NCBI RefSeq assembly: GCF_036321535.1
Contig: NC_087437.1
Coordinates: 75,828,001 to 75,892,000 of the forward strand
DNA length: 64,000 nucleotides
Direction of reading: 5' to 3'
Origin: Camelus dromedarius
Taxonomy: Eukaryota
Part shown: positions 51,811 through 64,000 of the stretch, in pieces
Layout of the letters: each line of letters starts with the position of its first letter
Numbering within the stretch: the stretch's first letter is position 1
Made by a program: the position numbers and the translations under genes
The notes under the pieces: model-generated
Database searches by the model: none
Seen by the model: the letters and a program-made list of their open reading frames with translations, nothing else
What the model was told of the DNA's origin: nothing

Positions 51811-53086
51811 AAGACAGCTGGGGCAGCTATTGGTTTGGGTCTTTCTCATTTTTGAAGAGCAAACCTGCTGACCAGCCAGACAGAAAGGAGACTTCAAAAG
51901 GAAGCCTTGAGTGACTTGTCATTTCTTTATGGAAATGACCTTGCAGTTGTTGCCTCCAGAGTCAAAAAAAGTAAGCATTAATATTGTTGTGAGTAAAATG
52001 GTATAAGGAAGCAAGGAGGTGATGGCATATGCATTTGCCCTTATTATGAAACTTGGAGACTGTGAGGTCCAAAGGAACCTGAAGAAACCAACAAGCAGCA
52101 AGTCTCGACTTGTATAGGATTCGCAAGACCTATGCAGCCCTGTGGCTTACAGTCCTCATGCGAGGAACATTGCCAGTCTCAGAGTTGGAAAAAATCCCAC
52201 TACCTCCATTAGAAAACTAAAGACCCAGAGAGATAGAGTGATTTGTCCAAGATCATGCAGCAGATCTGTAAGTGAACAGGAAAAGAAAAAAACCGGGAGG
52301 TCTTCTGGTTTTTCCCATGCCACTCTGCCTCTCAGGGGTAAAGGTTTTCTCTCTTGGGCATACAAGTCTTCTTCTTCATGAGGGGAGGTTGCTGGACTGC
52401 TGTAATACTGGTAATACACTTTAGTCCAAACTCCAAAGCATAGTTTGGCACTTGGCCAGGCAGTACTGCCCCAGGTACCTGGCTCCTGGCAACAGATCAT
52501 TCTTTCCTGAGTCAGAAGGGGTGCATGGATTATTTCCTTCCCCCAGGGCCAGGAGGATGCACTCTTGCACTTGTGGGAGGCTCCCAATTATAAAGGAAGA
52601 GTTGATCACCTGCTATGAACCAGACCCATTACCTGTGGCGCTCCTCTAAGTTAATGAAGTAAACACTAGCTGCTCCTCTCCTTCCTCCCCGTTTCTGTTT
52701 CCCTGCTTCTTCTTCTTCGGAAGTTTTTGAGCTGGACTGGAACTGAAAATCATTATCCTATTCTTTCTTATCCTATTTTGCTTTAGAGTCATGGAAATGT
52801 CTGTTTCTTTTTCCTAATGTATGTGAAAACAGGAGATGCAATCAATTGTGCAACCAATTTGACTTGTTAAGGGCAGAAATATGATTAAAATTTACTGCTA
52901 CCAACGTAAAGCCAGAAAGATGAAAAAATGGTTTAACTCCATTTCTCTATCACACCATTTTGGAATAGTTTTTCACAACTATGATTAGTGGGGGTATTTA
53001 ATGATTATGGATCTTAGACATTAGGTATAAACAGTCCTGTCTGCTCGTATTCACTAATTTCTCCTAATTTCTTCAAGTGGTAAATA

Positions 53087-53189
53087 CTTGTGTGTGTGCC
53101 TGTGTGTGTAAATCTTTTCTTCTAGTCTTACTGAGATGTAATTGGCATGCAGCACTGCGTAAGTTTAAGGTAGACAGCATAATGGTTTT
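53087..53189 (-). mobile_element. Short antisense L1 3' end with 12-bp TSD
   Basis: ttactgagatgtaattggcatgcagcactgcgtaagtttaaggtagacagcataatg, flanked by aagtggtaaata at 53075-53086 and 53190-53201. Confidence 0.75.
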
Positions 53190-55675
53190 AAGTGGTAAAT
53201 ATTATTGTCCTTCTTTACACAAGTTTCTTTTGAACTATTTAATTTCCAGAATTATCACAGTCTCTTCTGTTACAAGGACAGTAATATTTAATGGCCATAA
53301 TTTTCTGAAGAAAGAGATATTCTAAACCATGATTTATAGTTATTTATAGAAAAGCAGCTGATCGCATTTCTCAGCCGAGATGGACATTTATGCAAGAGAA
53401 AACAGCCATAATGATGTTTTAAATAAACAACTAGATAAAAACAATGGCATGAGGAGATAGGAGAGAATCATTCCTATAGCATAGAGTTTAATCAGAGGAC
53501 TGGCCATAATTTAGTCAAGTCACTTAGATGCTGAAAGCTACTTTATCATTCAGCCTTAGTTCCTTTAAAAAAATTCTTCCTACATTGACTAAAGGAGGTT
53601 GAATTTTTTTAATTTATACTTTTCTGCATTTTTGTCATTTCTACAATGCATATGTGTGACTTCTACTAAGAGAAAAAAGCAAAAACGTTAAAGAAAATCC
53701 ATCTTGTGCAAAAGAAAAAAGTCTCAAAACCAGAGGATTGTTGCATACCGGGAGGATGCACCTTTGATATTAATCTCCAACAAATGTCATCTGAGGCAAG
53801 ACACCTGTCAAAGCAGAGAGGCCATATGAACAAGAGGAAGATGAGATGAGAGATGAGAATACTACAGATCAGGCTGTCCTCAAATAGGAAAATATTTGTT
53901 CTTTGATACCAGAGAATAATTACAGTGATTTGCAATTCAGACACCGAGACGTACACTGAAATGACACTACTTCAAGTTGTTTCTCCAGTAGAGGCTGGGC
54001 TCGTGCCGGCCCTGAACGTAGGCATTAAGCAGAAGGATGTCTGCTGGGGGTTGGGCATCCAGTTTGTGACTATGAAACACAAGGAGTTAACAGCCTCCCT
54101 TAATTAGGTTAATAGTTCATGGCCTTGTCCTCGTTAGCAGTCAGTGACCCTAACTGCTCACCACCAAGCAAAAGCACTGATAGCCTCAGCTGCACAGACT
54201 AAGGAAGGGAAAGGCCCACTCAGCACAGAGAGCAGACCCTTCTCAGCCAGTCAGTGGGTGAGGGATGGCCATCTCCTTCTGGAAGTTATAAGCAAATGAA
54301 TAATTAAGAACAACTCTCTGAATAAACAAATAGAAAGCACTTTTGTCCTGCTTTTCATGCTGCTTAGTGACCTTGGCAAGGTGTTCGTTGATGAGAAAAC
54401 ATTTCTGTAACAACGCAGTTTTCAGGAGACCCTATTGTTTTCATGGCTGTCTTGTAGCCTTTGACACGCTTAAGCGCAAACATGCTTTAACTGCCTCTCC
54501 CCACTGTGCACACATAGCTTGTCTTTTTTTTCTTTTTTTGGTAGGGAATTGAATTTTACTTCTTGATGCTAATTAAGGAAAGAAGATTACAAATGAAAAT
54601 GTCTTAAAAATTCTTTTCGGTTGTGTTCAGGCAAAAACACCTTTTCCCTCTCTTCAGTCATTTTAACTACCCCCCCCCCCATTCCTTCAGTTTGGAGCTG
54701 TGGTTCCCAATGCTTTTCCTGCAGAATCCCACATCGGCACCTGCCACCCCTCCCAGGGTGCAGAGATGGGCCACAGGTTGTTCGCCTTCCTCTTCCTCAC
54801 CTGCTCTGTCCCCTCTGTGTATGGGAGTAAGAGTGACCTTAGCGCAAGGATAACCTTACATCCATTCCAATTTACGTGAAAAGTACCCTATTTGCAAACT
54901 TCAGAACTTTATTACTTATAACAAATTGCCTGTGGCAAACTCCACAACTGACTGGACGGTATGTCACAACACTGTGCTTGGGAATTAGAGTTGTGATATA
55001 TTTCCTTTTGCAAGATGAAGGGAGGGACAGAGTCTGTAGGATTTTGCCACAGAGGCCCCAAGACACACAAAGATCAGTATTTCCTATTCAGAGCAGAAGT
55101 TTCTCTATGAGTTAGTGTTTAATCTGTAAGAGAGAAACAGCCCTGATCTGATGCAAGTGAAAAAAAATACAATGTGCAGAAATATGAAACAATCCAGGTT
55201 ATGATGATACATAATTATACAGAGAAATTACTTTGATCCAGACTCTTATCCGTTTTATGACCGTGATTTCCTCTCTACAATAGAGACAATCGTAGTACTT
55301 ACCTCATAGGAGCATTAATACCTGTAAAGCAGTGTAAATACTGCCTGTCATATAATAATGTCTCAGTAAAAGTTAACTCCATCAATACTTTCATCAGAAC
55401 ATGAGCACAGACATTTTTGTGGTTAAACCAAGGATAACGCCAACACTGCTAGTATTGCTAATTTAAGTAGCACTAAATTCACCCTGTGACATAACACTGA
55501 AAGGGAGATGGGTTTATGGCCATCCCTTTAGCTGGTTTAAATAATTTTTAAGCCAGAATAGAGGTATAGCTAAATAGAAAACTGCCCTTTAAAAATTGTT
55601 GATTTCTAGTGGAAGTGTAATTTGGTGCAAACCTTCTAAAGAGTCTTAAAAACCTTAAAATTCACTCTATGTCTC

Positions 55676-56567
55676 TACAAATGGCAAAAAAATGCTCACT
55701 ATCACTAATTATCAGAGAAATGCAAGTCAAAACTACAATGAGGTATCACTTCACACCGATTAGAATGTCCATCATTAAAACGTTCACAAACACTAAATGC
55801 TGGAGAGGTTATGGAGAAAAGGGAACCCTCCAACACTGTTGGTGGGAATGTAGTTTGGTGCAGCCATTGTGGAAAACAGTATGGAGATTCCTTAAAAAGC
55901 TAAAAATAGATTACCATATGATCCAGGAATCCTACCCCTGGGCATATATCTGGAGGAAACTCTAAGTCAAAAAGATACATGCACCCCAATGTTCATAGCA
56001 GCACTATTTACAATAGCCAAGACATGAAAGAAACTTAAACGTCCATCAACAGATGACTGGATAAAGAAGTTGTGGTGTATATATGTACAATGGAATATTA
56101 TTCAATCATAAAAAAAGAGTAAAATAATGCCATTTGCAGCAACATGGATGGACCTGGAGAATGTCATTCTAAGTGAAGTAAGCCAGAAAGAGAAAGGAAA
56201 ATATCATATGATACCAATTAAATGTAGAATCTAAAAAAAAAAGAGACAAATGAATTTGTGTACAAAACAAAAACAAAAACAAACTCACAGACATAGAAAA
56301 CAAACTTGTGGTTACCAGAGGGGGAATGAAGGGACGTGCAGAGAAAAATTGGGAGTTCAGGATTTGCAGATACTAACTACTATATGTAAAATAAACAGCA
56401 AGGTCCTACTGTACAGCACAGGGAACTATTTTCAATACCTTGCAATTGTCTATAATGGAAAAGAATATGAAAAGTAATACATATATATCTGAATCACTAT
56501 GCTGTACACTAGAAATTAACACAACATTATAAACTGACTACACTTCAATTAAAAAAGAAAAAAAAAA
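55676..56567 (+). mobile_element. 5'-truncated cetartiodactyl-type L1 (ORF2 C-terminus, 3' UTR, poly-A) nested in an older L1M
   Basis: ORF 55669-55965 ([19 protein letters not shown]...[36 protein letters not shown]) is the L1 ORF2p cysteine-rich region. TSD core tctatgtctc at 55666-55675 and 56575-56584. Older L1M-like sequence flanks both sides (~55600-55665, 56585-56900). Confidence 0.92.
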
Positions 56568-57789
56568 CAAATATTCTATGTCTCAGCCATCTCTTAACTG
56601 TGAATTTATCTTACGGGAATAATGAGAGATGTGTGAAAAGATACATGTCTAAGATTCTTTATCACATTTATTTATAACACTAAAAAATTGAAAGAGCCTT
56701 AATGTCCAACAATGTTATTAATTAAGTAAAAGATGTACATTTAAGTGATGGAAAGCTGCATAGACTTTAAAAATTATGTCATAGAAAACTATGTATTGAC
56801 ATGGACAAATGTTCTAACATGTAGCTCAGTGAAAACAGCAAGTTACAAAACCATATATTATAAAAATACTATTCATACATAAATGTAACAATTATACTGA
56901 GGTGTACAATGCAAATACTTTTCTAAATGAAGCTTGCTATATTCTCAAAACTTTGATTTTCTAATCTATCCAGAGCATACATATTCTTTGGCTTATTCTT
57001 GCTTAAATCTTAGTCAAGTTCCCTGATTTTTACCACCTCATCTGGTTATTAGTCTTGGGCTCTCTGTGTTGACTATTTTGTCAGAATTCAGTATTGTTAG
57101 CTGTCACTATTCATAGTTTCAAGCTTTCTCTCTCTGAACTAACACTGTCGACTCCACCCTCACCAACTCCAAGCACAGCAGAGAAGAGAGAACTCCCCTT
57201 TTTGTGCTCACCTGCCTGAGAGTGTCAGTAGTGGGAGGGAGACCTACCTGGTCCTGATCCGGGGCCTCTATTTCCACGGCATTTGCTGTGGAGTCTCTGT
57301 GTAAGCCAGGTGTGTGAATTCCTGAGACCATATTTTGTTCCACACTAACTCCTTCACAGAGCACTCCCACCCCATAGAGGGCCCCTGTTGGCCCCCATGC
57401 AGGAGCCTCTCCACCTCCTATCTGTTTGCTAATTAATGTCTCATTAGACCTTGGGATCTCCTTCTGTAGTCCCAGAGAGTCACAGCGGACTGAGAAAGTG
57501 TGTGCCCTTCCCCCTCTCTCTTGCAGGCACACTCCAAGGTCTCTTTGAGTTCTGCAAGCATTGATTATTCTGTTGACCTTTCTGCTTTCGGAAATCATCA
57601 GATTTGCTGAGCAGGAGCCTTCCATCTTTAAGGGTCACGTGTCAGACAGCTCCCGTGCTCCCTGTGGGGATGGAGTGGCGGGAGGGCCATGGAGCCGGGA
57701 AACACAATTTGTCATCTTTGAAGGATCTCAAAGGGCCATCCTCAGAATCCCTGCTAGGACTTTCTCAATTTAAAAAAGAAAAAGTTGAG

Positions 57790-58920
57790 AGTATCTTTAC
57801 ATAAGATAAAAGGCTCCATTGTAAACGTACAGTCTGAAGAGTATTAACAAGCGCAGACACATGTGTAATCCCCGCAATCAAGGCAGAGAACATCTCATCT
57901 GTCCAAAAAGCCCCTCTTGCCTCTTCAGCGTCAATTCCAGCTCCCTGTGCTAGGCAGCTGCTGATTTGCTTTCTGTGTCTTCTGACATTTGCTAGAACTT
58001 CATGTAAGTGCTATAATACAGCACGTACCTTCTTGTGTCTGGCAAAGCGTGATGTCTCTGAGATTCATCCATGGTGTTGCTGTGGTTCCTTTCCTCTGGT
58101 AGGTGACAGTCCATTATGTGGATATACCACAATGTGCTCGCCCACTTACTTGTGGATGGATGTTTGGGTTGTTTCCAGTGTAGGGTTACTACCAGTAAAG
58201 CTGCGATAAGTATCCATGTACAAGTCTTTATGTGGATGTATGTTCTAATTTCTCTTGGGTAGATACTTAGGAGTGGAATGACTGGGTCGTGTGACAGTGT
58301 ACAAACAAATTTATAAAACTGCTAAACTGTTTTCCAAAGTAGTTGTACTATTTTTTCACTCCCATTGGAAGTGTATAAAAATTCCAGTTCCTCCACATCC
58401 TTGCCAACACTTGGTTTCGTCAGTCTTTATAATGTTAGCCTTTCTCGTGGATGTAGAGTGGTATCCCTCTGTGGTGTTAATTTGCAGTTCCTGATGATTA
58501 ATATGGGGAAAGACCCCAGGGGGGTGCGTCATTCTCATCACATCACATCAAGGGCACTTGCTATCAGTATGACTGATCCCTGTGGACGTTAACCTTGATC
58601 ACAGGACCAAGGTGAGGATTGTCAGCTTCTCCATTGTACAGTTACTCTTTTTATCCTGTCTCCCCATAAAATACTTGTTGGAAGGACGGAGGTCACTATA
58701 CATAGCCCACACTATGCATAGCCCTGAGGTGGAATATCTGAATAAATGATCTGGAATACTTCTGCATGGGAGATTTGTCTGTTTGCCCCATTTATTTACT
58801 CATTCAATCTTTTATTTATATCAGTATAAGCTCATTAGCATTTATTTTAAACTTTGGATTATATCCCAACACTACATTATTCATTTTGCTGCTCAGATTG
58901 TTTTTATTGTTAGCCCCCAT
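57790..58920 (-). mobile_element. Old L1 (L1MB/L1MC-type) 3' fragments, antisense
   Basis: gagattcatccatggtgttgc...ggatgtttgggttgtttccag...ttccagttcctccacatccttgccaacacttgg, then catcacatcaagggcac...gttaaccttgatcac. Confidence 0.75.
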
Positions 58921-59449
58921 ATCCATTATCCCTTTTGTTGTGTGTTTTCAAGCATTTCTTTTTTGGAAGCTCAAGATATATCTGGGAGAAAAGGTTCAGT
59001 GAGTTAATTCATTTGTCTTTTCTCCTACCCAAGTGCTTGCAACACTCAGATCCTCCCACACTCTGTGGCTGCTGTGTTCCTTACACACACCCTCCTGCCC
59101 CCATTCACCCCTGCACCTCTTGTTTAGAGGACGTAGGACAAAACGTTTCTCTACGTGTTTGAATGGTGCTTGAATAGTGTTCCTAGGAAGAGGCTACAGT
59201 ATTTGGCAGCCCTGTGACAACACCGAGTTTAAGAGTCTGCATGTCGAAGCATCGGTGTATCCTGTGGGAATGGCATAGTGTGTGTGGTGTGCAGTGCTCT
59301 CAAAAGCAGAGTTCGACAGTGGTACCAAGTGGAGGAATTAACCCAAACAAGCGACTGCCTATGCTGTTTTTTAAAAGCCTCCTGCAATGAAGCACCTCAG
59401 CCAACCATTCCAGTGTCTAGGTAACTTTTTCCTCTGGTTGCTCTGTATT

Positions 59450-59632
59450 AGTGGTCAGGCCAAACCCAAGCCATTGACTGTTTCTGTAAATAAAATTTTA
59501 TTGGAACACAGCCACTCATTCATTTGTGCATTGCTCACGCCCACCTTCACTTTCAAATGGTGGAGCTGAGTAACTGCATAGCCTAAAGAAATATTTCTCT
59601 GGCCCTTCACGGGAAAAGTTTCCTAACCACCG
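59450..59632. mobile_element. MER58A-like element
   Basis: tgtttctgtaaataaaattttattggaacacagccac...gagctgagtaactgc...ctggcccttcacgggaaaagttt. Confidence 0.75.
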
Positions 59633-61329
59633 TTCTATTTCATGACTAGCCTAAATCTTACACAACAATAGAGGGTCATTTTCATGAGTTACAGCCTTTA
59701 GGGAGACAGAGACCCGCCCATCAGCACCATCTCTGCAAGTAACCTTCATGTGGGAAGCCTTAAGCACCCACTTATAAAATTGAATAACCTTGTTTATCTA
59801 ATCCCCTTGCTCTGTCCTTCTCTATCACAACGGAAAGCAAAATTTACAATTATGCTTAATTGCTAAATAGGCTCACAAGTTAGGAATACCAATATGCAAA
59901 AGCCTGAAATGTTGATCAAATATTTTTCAGAAATTTAGGAGCAAGACAAATTTTCTCTTTAACTGGAGGCTGTCAAGCATTTAAAGAAGTGAAGAGCACC
60001 TAGATACCTTGTGGGGTTGGATCGTTTCCACTTTTCTGCTTTTCTAAATTCAAGACATTGTATTGATCAGTGGAAAGGCTTTGGGCAATCTGTGTGGAGA
60101 GGTGTAGCACAGGATAACGCAGGGGTGACAAGGGCTTTCCAAATAAAATGCAAATTGGGTTTTAACGAAGTGCAACTATCACAGAACCATAAAGCGGTCA
60201 GGGAACTTTTTTGTTCTTTCTGCTTGACCTGGGAGAGTTTTGTTTACTTTATTGTCATCAGTGTACACATTTCTTTAAAAAAAAAAAAAAAGAAAAAAGA
60301 AAGCAGGAACTGCCAAGGATGGTTATGAGCGCTATAAAGAAGGGGCCAAGCTACCTGGTAACGCTCCTAACTCAAGGACTAAGCAACAGCCCAAGGACCC
60401 CTTGGCCCCAGGCTGGCCGAAGGGGTGTCTGTCTTTGCAGACAGGTGGTGCCGTCTAGCGGGAAGACAGTCCTGTCTGGCCTGGGTTGCTGGTCCAGCCA
60501 CCCTCAGCTCTTTGAACTTGAACAAACTCTGTCGTCTCTCTGAGCCTAACCTGTAAAACAGGGATTGTGTGTTTCTGGCAGAGTTTCGGGGGCGGGGGGA
60601 TATGAAATAATAGACGTACAGTGTACGGCCCTTGATAAATGACAGTTTTCATGACTGTTATTTTTTCCAGGACACTACATAGCTACAGACACTAAGAGTA
60701 AGGGTGTCGGAGAGTAAAGTGAGATGAGACAGACCACAGGCGTTCTGGAATAATCACCGCGTGATCGTCTTGTCTCCGAGAACCCCCTTTAATGTTTACA
60801 GTTTGCTTGGACCTGGGGAAGGTTGAAGGGAGCCCTGCTGTAGTCTCTGTTCTACTCCCTTTTCATTTCCCCGCTGCCTGCGCAGAAAGGCAGGGGCCTC
60901 TGTGACAAACTGCAGACACCCTCAGAGGAAATGCAGACTCCAACGCAGCAAAGACTCAGACCACGGGGATTCCACCTGGCCGGACCCCACCTCTGGTCAG
61001 ACAGCCCGTTTTCTCTAGCTCCAGAGAAACAACTCAGGACTGAAGTCGGAGCTTTACTTGGTTTCTCTTCTGATTCCCTTCACAGCTGATGGGCCTTTGA
61101 TTTAATCCTGAAGGTGCCCACGTAGGTTCCCATTCTGTGTATTTTTCTCTGAAAGATCAGGAGGCAAGCCAAGGTCATGGACTCCATGCTCTGTGAGAGG
61201 CCAAACCAGGGAATACAGCAGCGATGAAGACGAGCTCAGTGCTGCATCACCAGCAAGGCTGGCGTCAGGCAGGAGTGAAGAGGAGGCTGGCTGTGCCCTT
61301 TGACTGCGGGTGGGGTTTGTCTGGAGACA

Positions 61330-61810
61330 GTAAGTTTCTTGGCTAGGGCTGCCATATTAAAGGCCCACAAACGGGGTGGCTTAAAACAACAGACGTTTAT
61401 TGTCTTACAGTTCTGGGGACTGGAAGTCCCAAATCAAAATGTTGTCAGGGTCCTGCTCCCTCTGCAGCCGGTATAGGAGGATCCTTCCTCGCCGCTGCCA
61501 GGTTCTGGCATTTGTCAGACATCCTTGGCGTTCTTTGGATTATAGATGTGGCACGCCATTCTCTGCCTCCTCAGTCACATGGGACCTCCCAGTGCACCTC
61601 CACTATCTTCCTTCTGTGCTTGTCTCTGCATGTCTCCTCTTTTTATAAGGGCAAGTCTCATTGGGCCAGGGCTCACCCTACTCCACTACGACCTCACCTT
61701 AACTTGATTACCTCTGCAAAGACCCAGCTCCCCAGTAAAGTCACATTCACAGGTTCAGGGCACTGGGACTTTGACTTATCTTTTGAAGGAACGTAATTTA
61801 ACCTACAACA
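61330..61810 (-). mobile_element. MLT1B/C-like MaLR solo LTR
   Basis: gggctgccata...gggtggcttaaaacaacagacgtttattgtcttacagttctggggactggaagtcc...tctgcaaagaccc...aaagtcacattcacagg...taatttaacctacaaca. Confidence 0.85.
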
Positions 61811-64000
61811 CGGGGCGAGGTGGGGGAGGCAGCAGACCAATTCCTTCCAATGCTTACTTGCCCCACAGCGGGACCCTCCGTACTTCCTACCTTTCGCCTT
61901 CAGCCAGTTATCTCCAAGTGTGAGAAACAGCACTGCCACCCCCGTGGGCTCTCGTCCACAGTGCAGGCTCCTGGGGAAGTGACGTGGCGTCAGAAGCTGT
62001 GCAGCCTCAGAACTGGCGTTTTTCCGCCAGCCTCAGGATCACAGCCCTCAATTAAAACGATTTGTTTATTATCAGCCACTTTCACTATACGGTGAATAGA
62101 TTTCAGATTCCTTGGAGTTAGAATATGGATAAAGTAAAGGAAAAAGAGAAAGTTTGGAGAACTTAGTATGGGATAAAGAGAAAAAAGATTAGAAGAGGAA
62201 TGCTGAGTATTTTAGGAGAGGAAACAACTTCCCTCTATCTGTTTTCCCAACAATTGGCGCTGGACTCTAGCCTTCACATGTACAAGCCGAGAGAAACATC
62301 ATTCAGCTGTGTCATTTCAGCCAGTCTGCAGTGGTACCTCTCCCCTCACGCCTGCTAGCAAGTTGCGGTGGTCGACCCTCCAGGCCAGGGCCCCGGGTGC
62401 CCCATTCCTCCAAGACTCACAGGAAACTAACTAGTCCCCAGTCAGAACACCATCACCTGAATGGACCTGTCTATTTCTTGCTGACATGGAAATGTGAACG
62501 TGGTTCAGTGTGAGTAACAGGGCCTGTCCAGCCCTACCTTTAACAGGCAGAGTAAGCAGTGGATGCTCGGGGCATCTGACCGGATATAAGCCTCATTCAG
62601 GCACCACTCCAGGGGAGGAGGTGCTGCAGCCTCTGCTCTCTGCACGCTCTGGGCACCAGAATTTTATTGCAAATCACAATTGGTAGGGGCAGCTGTAGGG
62701 GAAAGGTGGTCAGTCCAGTTCAATAACTTTCCTCTGTAATAACTGAAGGCGCTATTTCCCCTGGAACTTGATGAAAACAATAAAGAGGAAAACTGAGAGT
62801 TATTGAACCAGAACAATGACATGAATTATTAACCATTCACTAAATGCACAAGCTATAAAAACCATATCCCTCTGATGCTTCCTGTCAGCAAGGTCCTGGC
62901 CTCCCAAATATCTGAAGGAGACCCCAGGTCCCTCTTCTCTGAATTGCTTAAGAATTCAGCTTCCTGGAAGGCTAGTGGCTCTTTGTAGAAGAGAAATATA
63001 TAGTAATGTTTTCAAGAAGTGAGTCATTGGTCTTGAGCAAAATAGAGAAGGGAGGATGTCCCAAGAGATAATGAAAGGACCAAATAGATTTTGCATTCCC
63101 AGGAGGAACAGTAATAGTAAAATTCCATGTGAATGAACAAAGGAAAACGGGAAAAGGAAGGGAATTCCATGACTGCTCCCAGGGAGGAGTTCGGCTGTGT
63201 CCATCAGGGAAGGGAGGAGACTTAGAGAGGAGGGGAAAGAGTAGATAAGCAGCTTTGTGTTTCTACGTTTTAGGCCTAGAATGCTGGATATGGTTCTGTT
63301 CTCCAGAGTTGACAGATTGGTGTCTGGAATATGAGTGGAACTTGAGCAAGTGGAGTTATGAAACTCTGCACTGCCTTTGCCTCCAAGCTGGCCCGTGGTG
63401 GTGGGATTTTTCCGACTGGAAGTCCTCTGTCAACATAATAAAAATGTCCTCAGACAGCAGTGCCCAAAACCATTTAAAGAGTTCATGTTTATCTGTGCTT
63501 CATATACAGTGTGATCTGATGGGTGCATGAGGCTGTACCTACCCCCAAACATCACCTGCTTTAGCTTCTCCCAAAGTCTGAAATCTCCATGATGAAACTC
63601 CTTCCTCCAGGTGAAGACACTTTCTCCCCAAGACACCTGTAAAAATGCAGATATCTTCCTAGGAAAGGTAACTCACTGGCAACATCGGCATGGTTTGTCA
63701 GATTCTCAGTTGATACGGTTTGGCAGTAGGCTCCTAAGAGCACCAAAGCAGTCAGTAAAGGAGGGAGACACGTGATGTGATAAGAAGGAAAATCCGGCTC
63801 CTGACCAGGCTCCATCCATCCAAGGGCACAGGCTGAAGAAAGGCTGGCTGTGAGTGTAACTCCAGTGCTGGGGCCATGGCAGCATGCAGCCCTCAGACGT
63901 GGGCAGAGGGCAGACAATCCCAAAGGGTGAACTGGGAAACACCAACGATAAACTCAATTTGTTGGCAGAGGGCCCTCCGTGAGAAATACTGTTTAGTTTT

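Noticed and set aside
10237..63030. Scattered AP-1 (TGASTCA) sites
   Set aside because: About a dozen unclustered 7-mers in 64 kb is close to chance expectation.
1..64000. Short ORFs in the six-frame track as host protein-coding genes
   Set aside because: All are under 170 aa and many overlap repeats or use non-ATG starts. None resembles a cellular protein I recognise, and there is no coherent exon chain. Small exons of a large gene cannot be fully excluded without alignment.

Overview
Mammalian genomic DNA, almost certainly from a camelid (alpaca/llama/camel). Two Vic-1-type tRNA-derived SINEs and cetartiodactyl-type L1 3' ends support this. I find no protein-coding exon, structural RNA gene or CRISPR array that I can support. 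The only ORF-track peptides I recognise are decayed retroelement proteins (L1 ORF1p/ORF2p, ERVL protease), and ERVL RT motifs appear on manual translation. The window looks intergenic or deep-intronic. Much of it is old interspersed repeat: MIR, L2, L1M, MaLR/ERVL/ERV1 LTRs, and hAT and Tc1-mariner DNA elements. An LTR-dense block at ~4.6-19.9 kb includes an intact solo LTR with tandem Oct/CCAAT modules and a decayed LTR16/ERVL provirus. Several repeat-free islands look like cis-regulatory elements (~21-22.6 kb, ~37.3-38.2 kb, ~48.4-49.6 kb). The last is CpG-rich, with CTCF and MEF2 consensus matches and a candidate small exon. Repeat family names come from my recall of consensus sequences and need RepeatMasker/Dfam confirmation. 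I see no convincing novel biological system; the findings below are modest leads.
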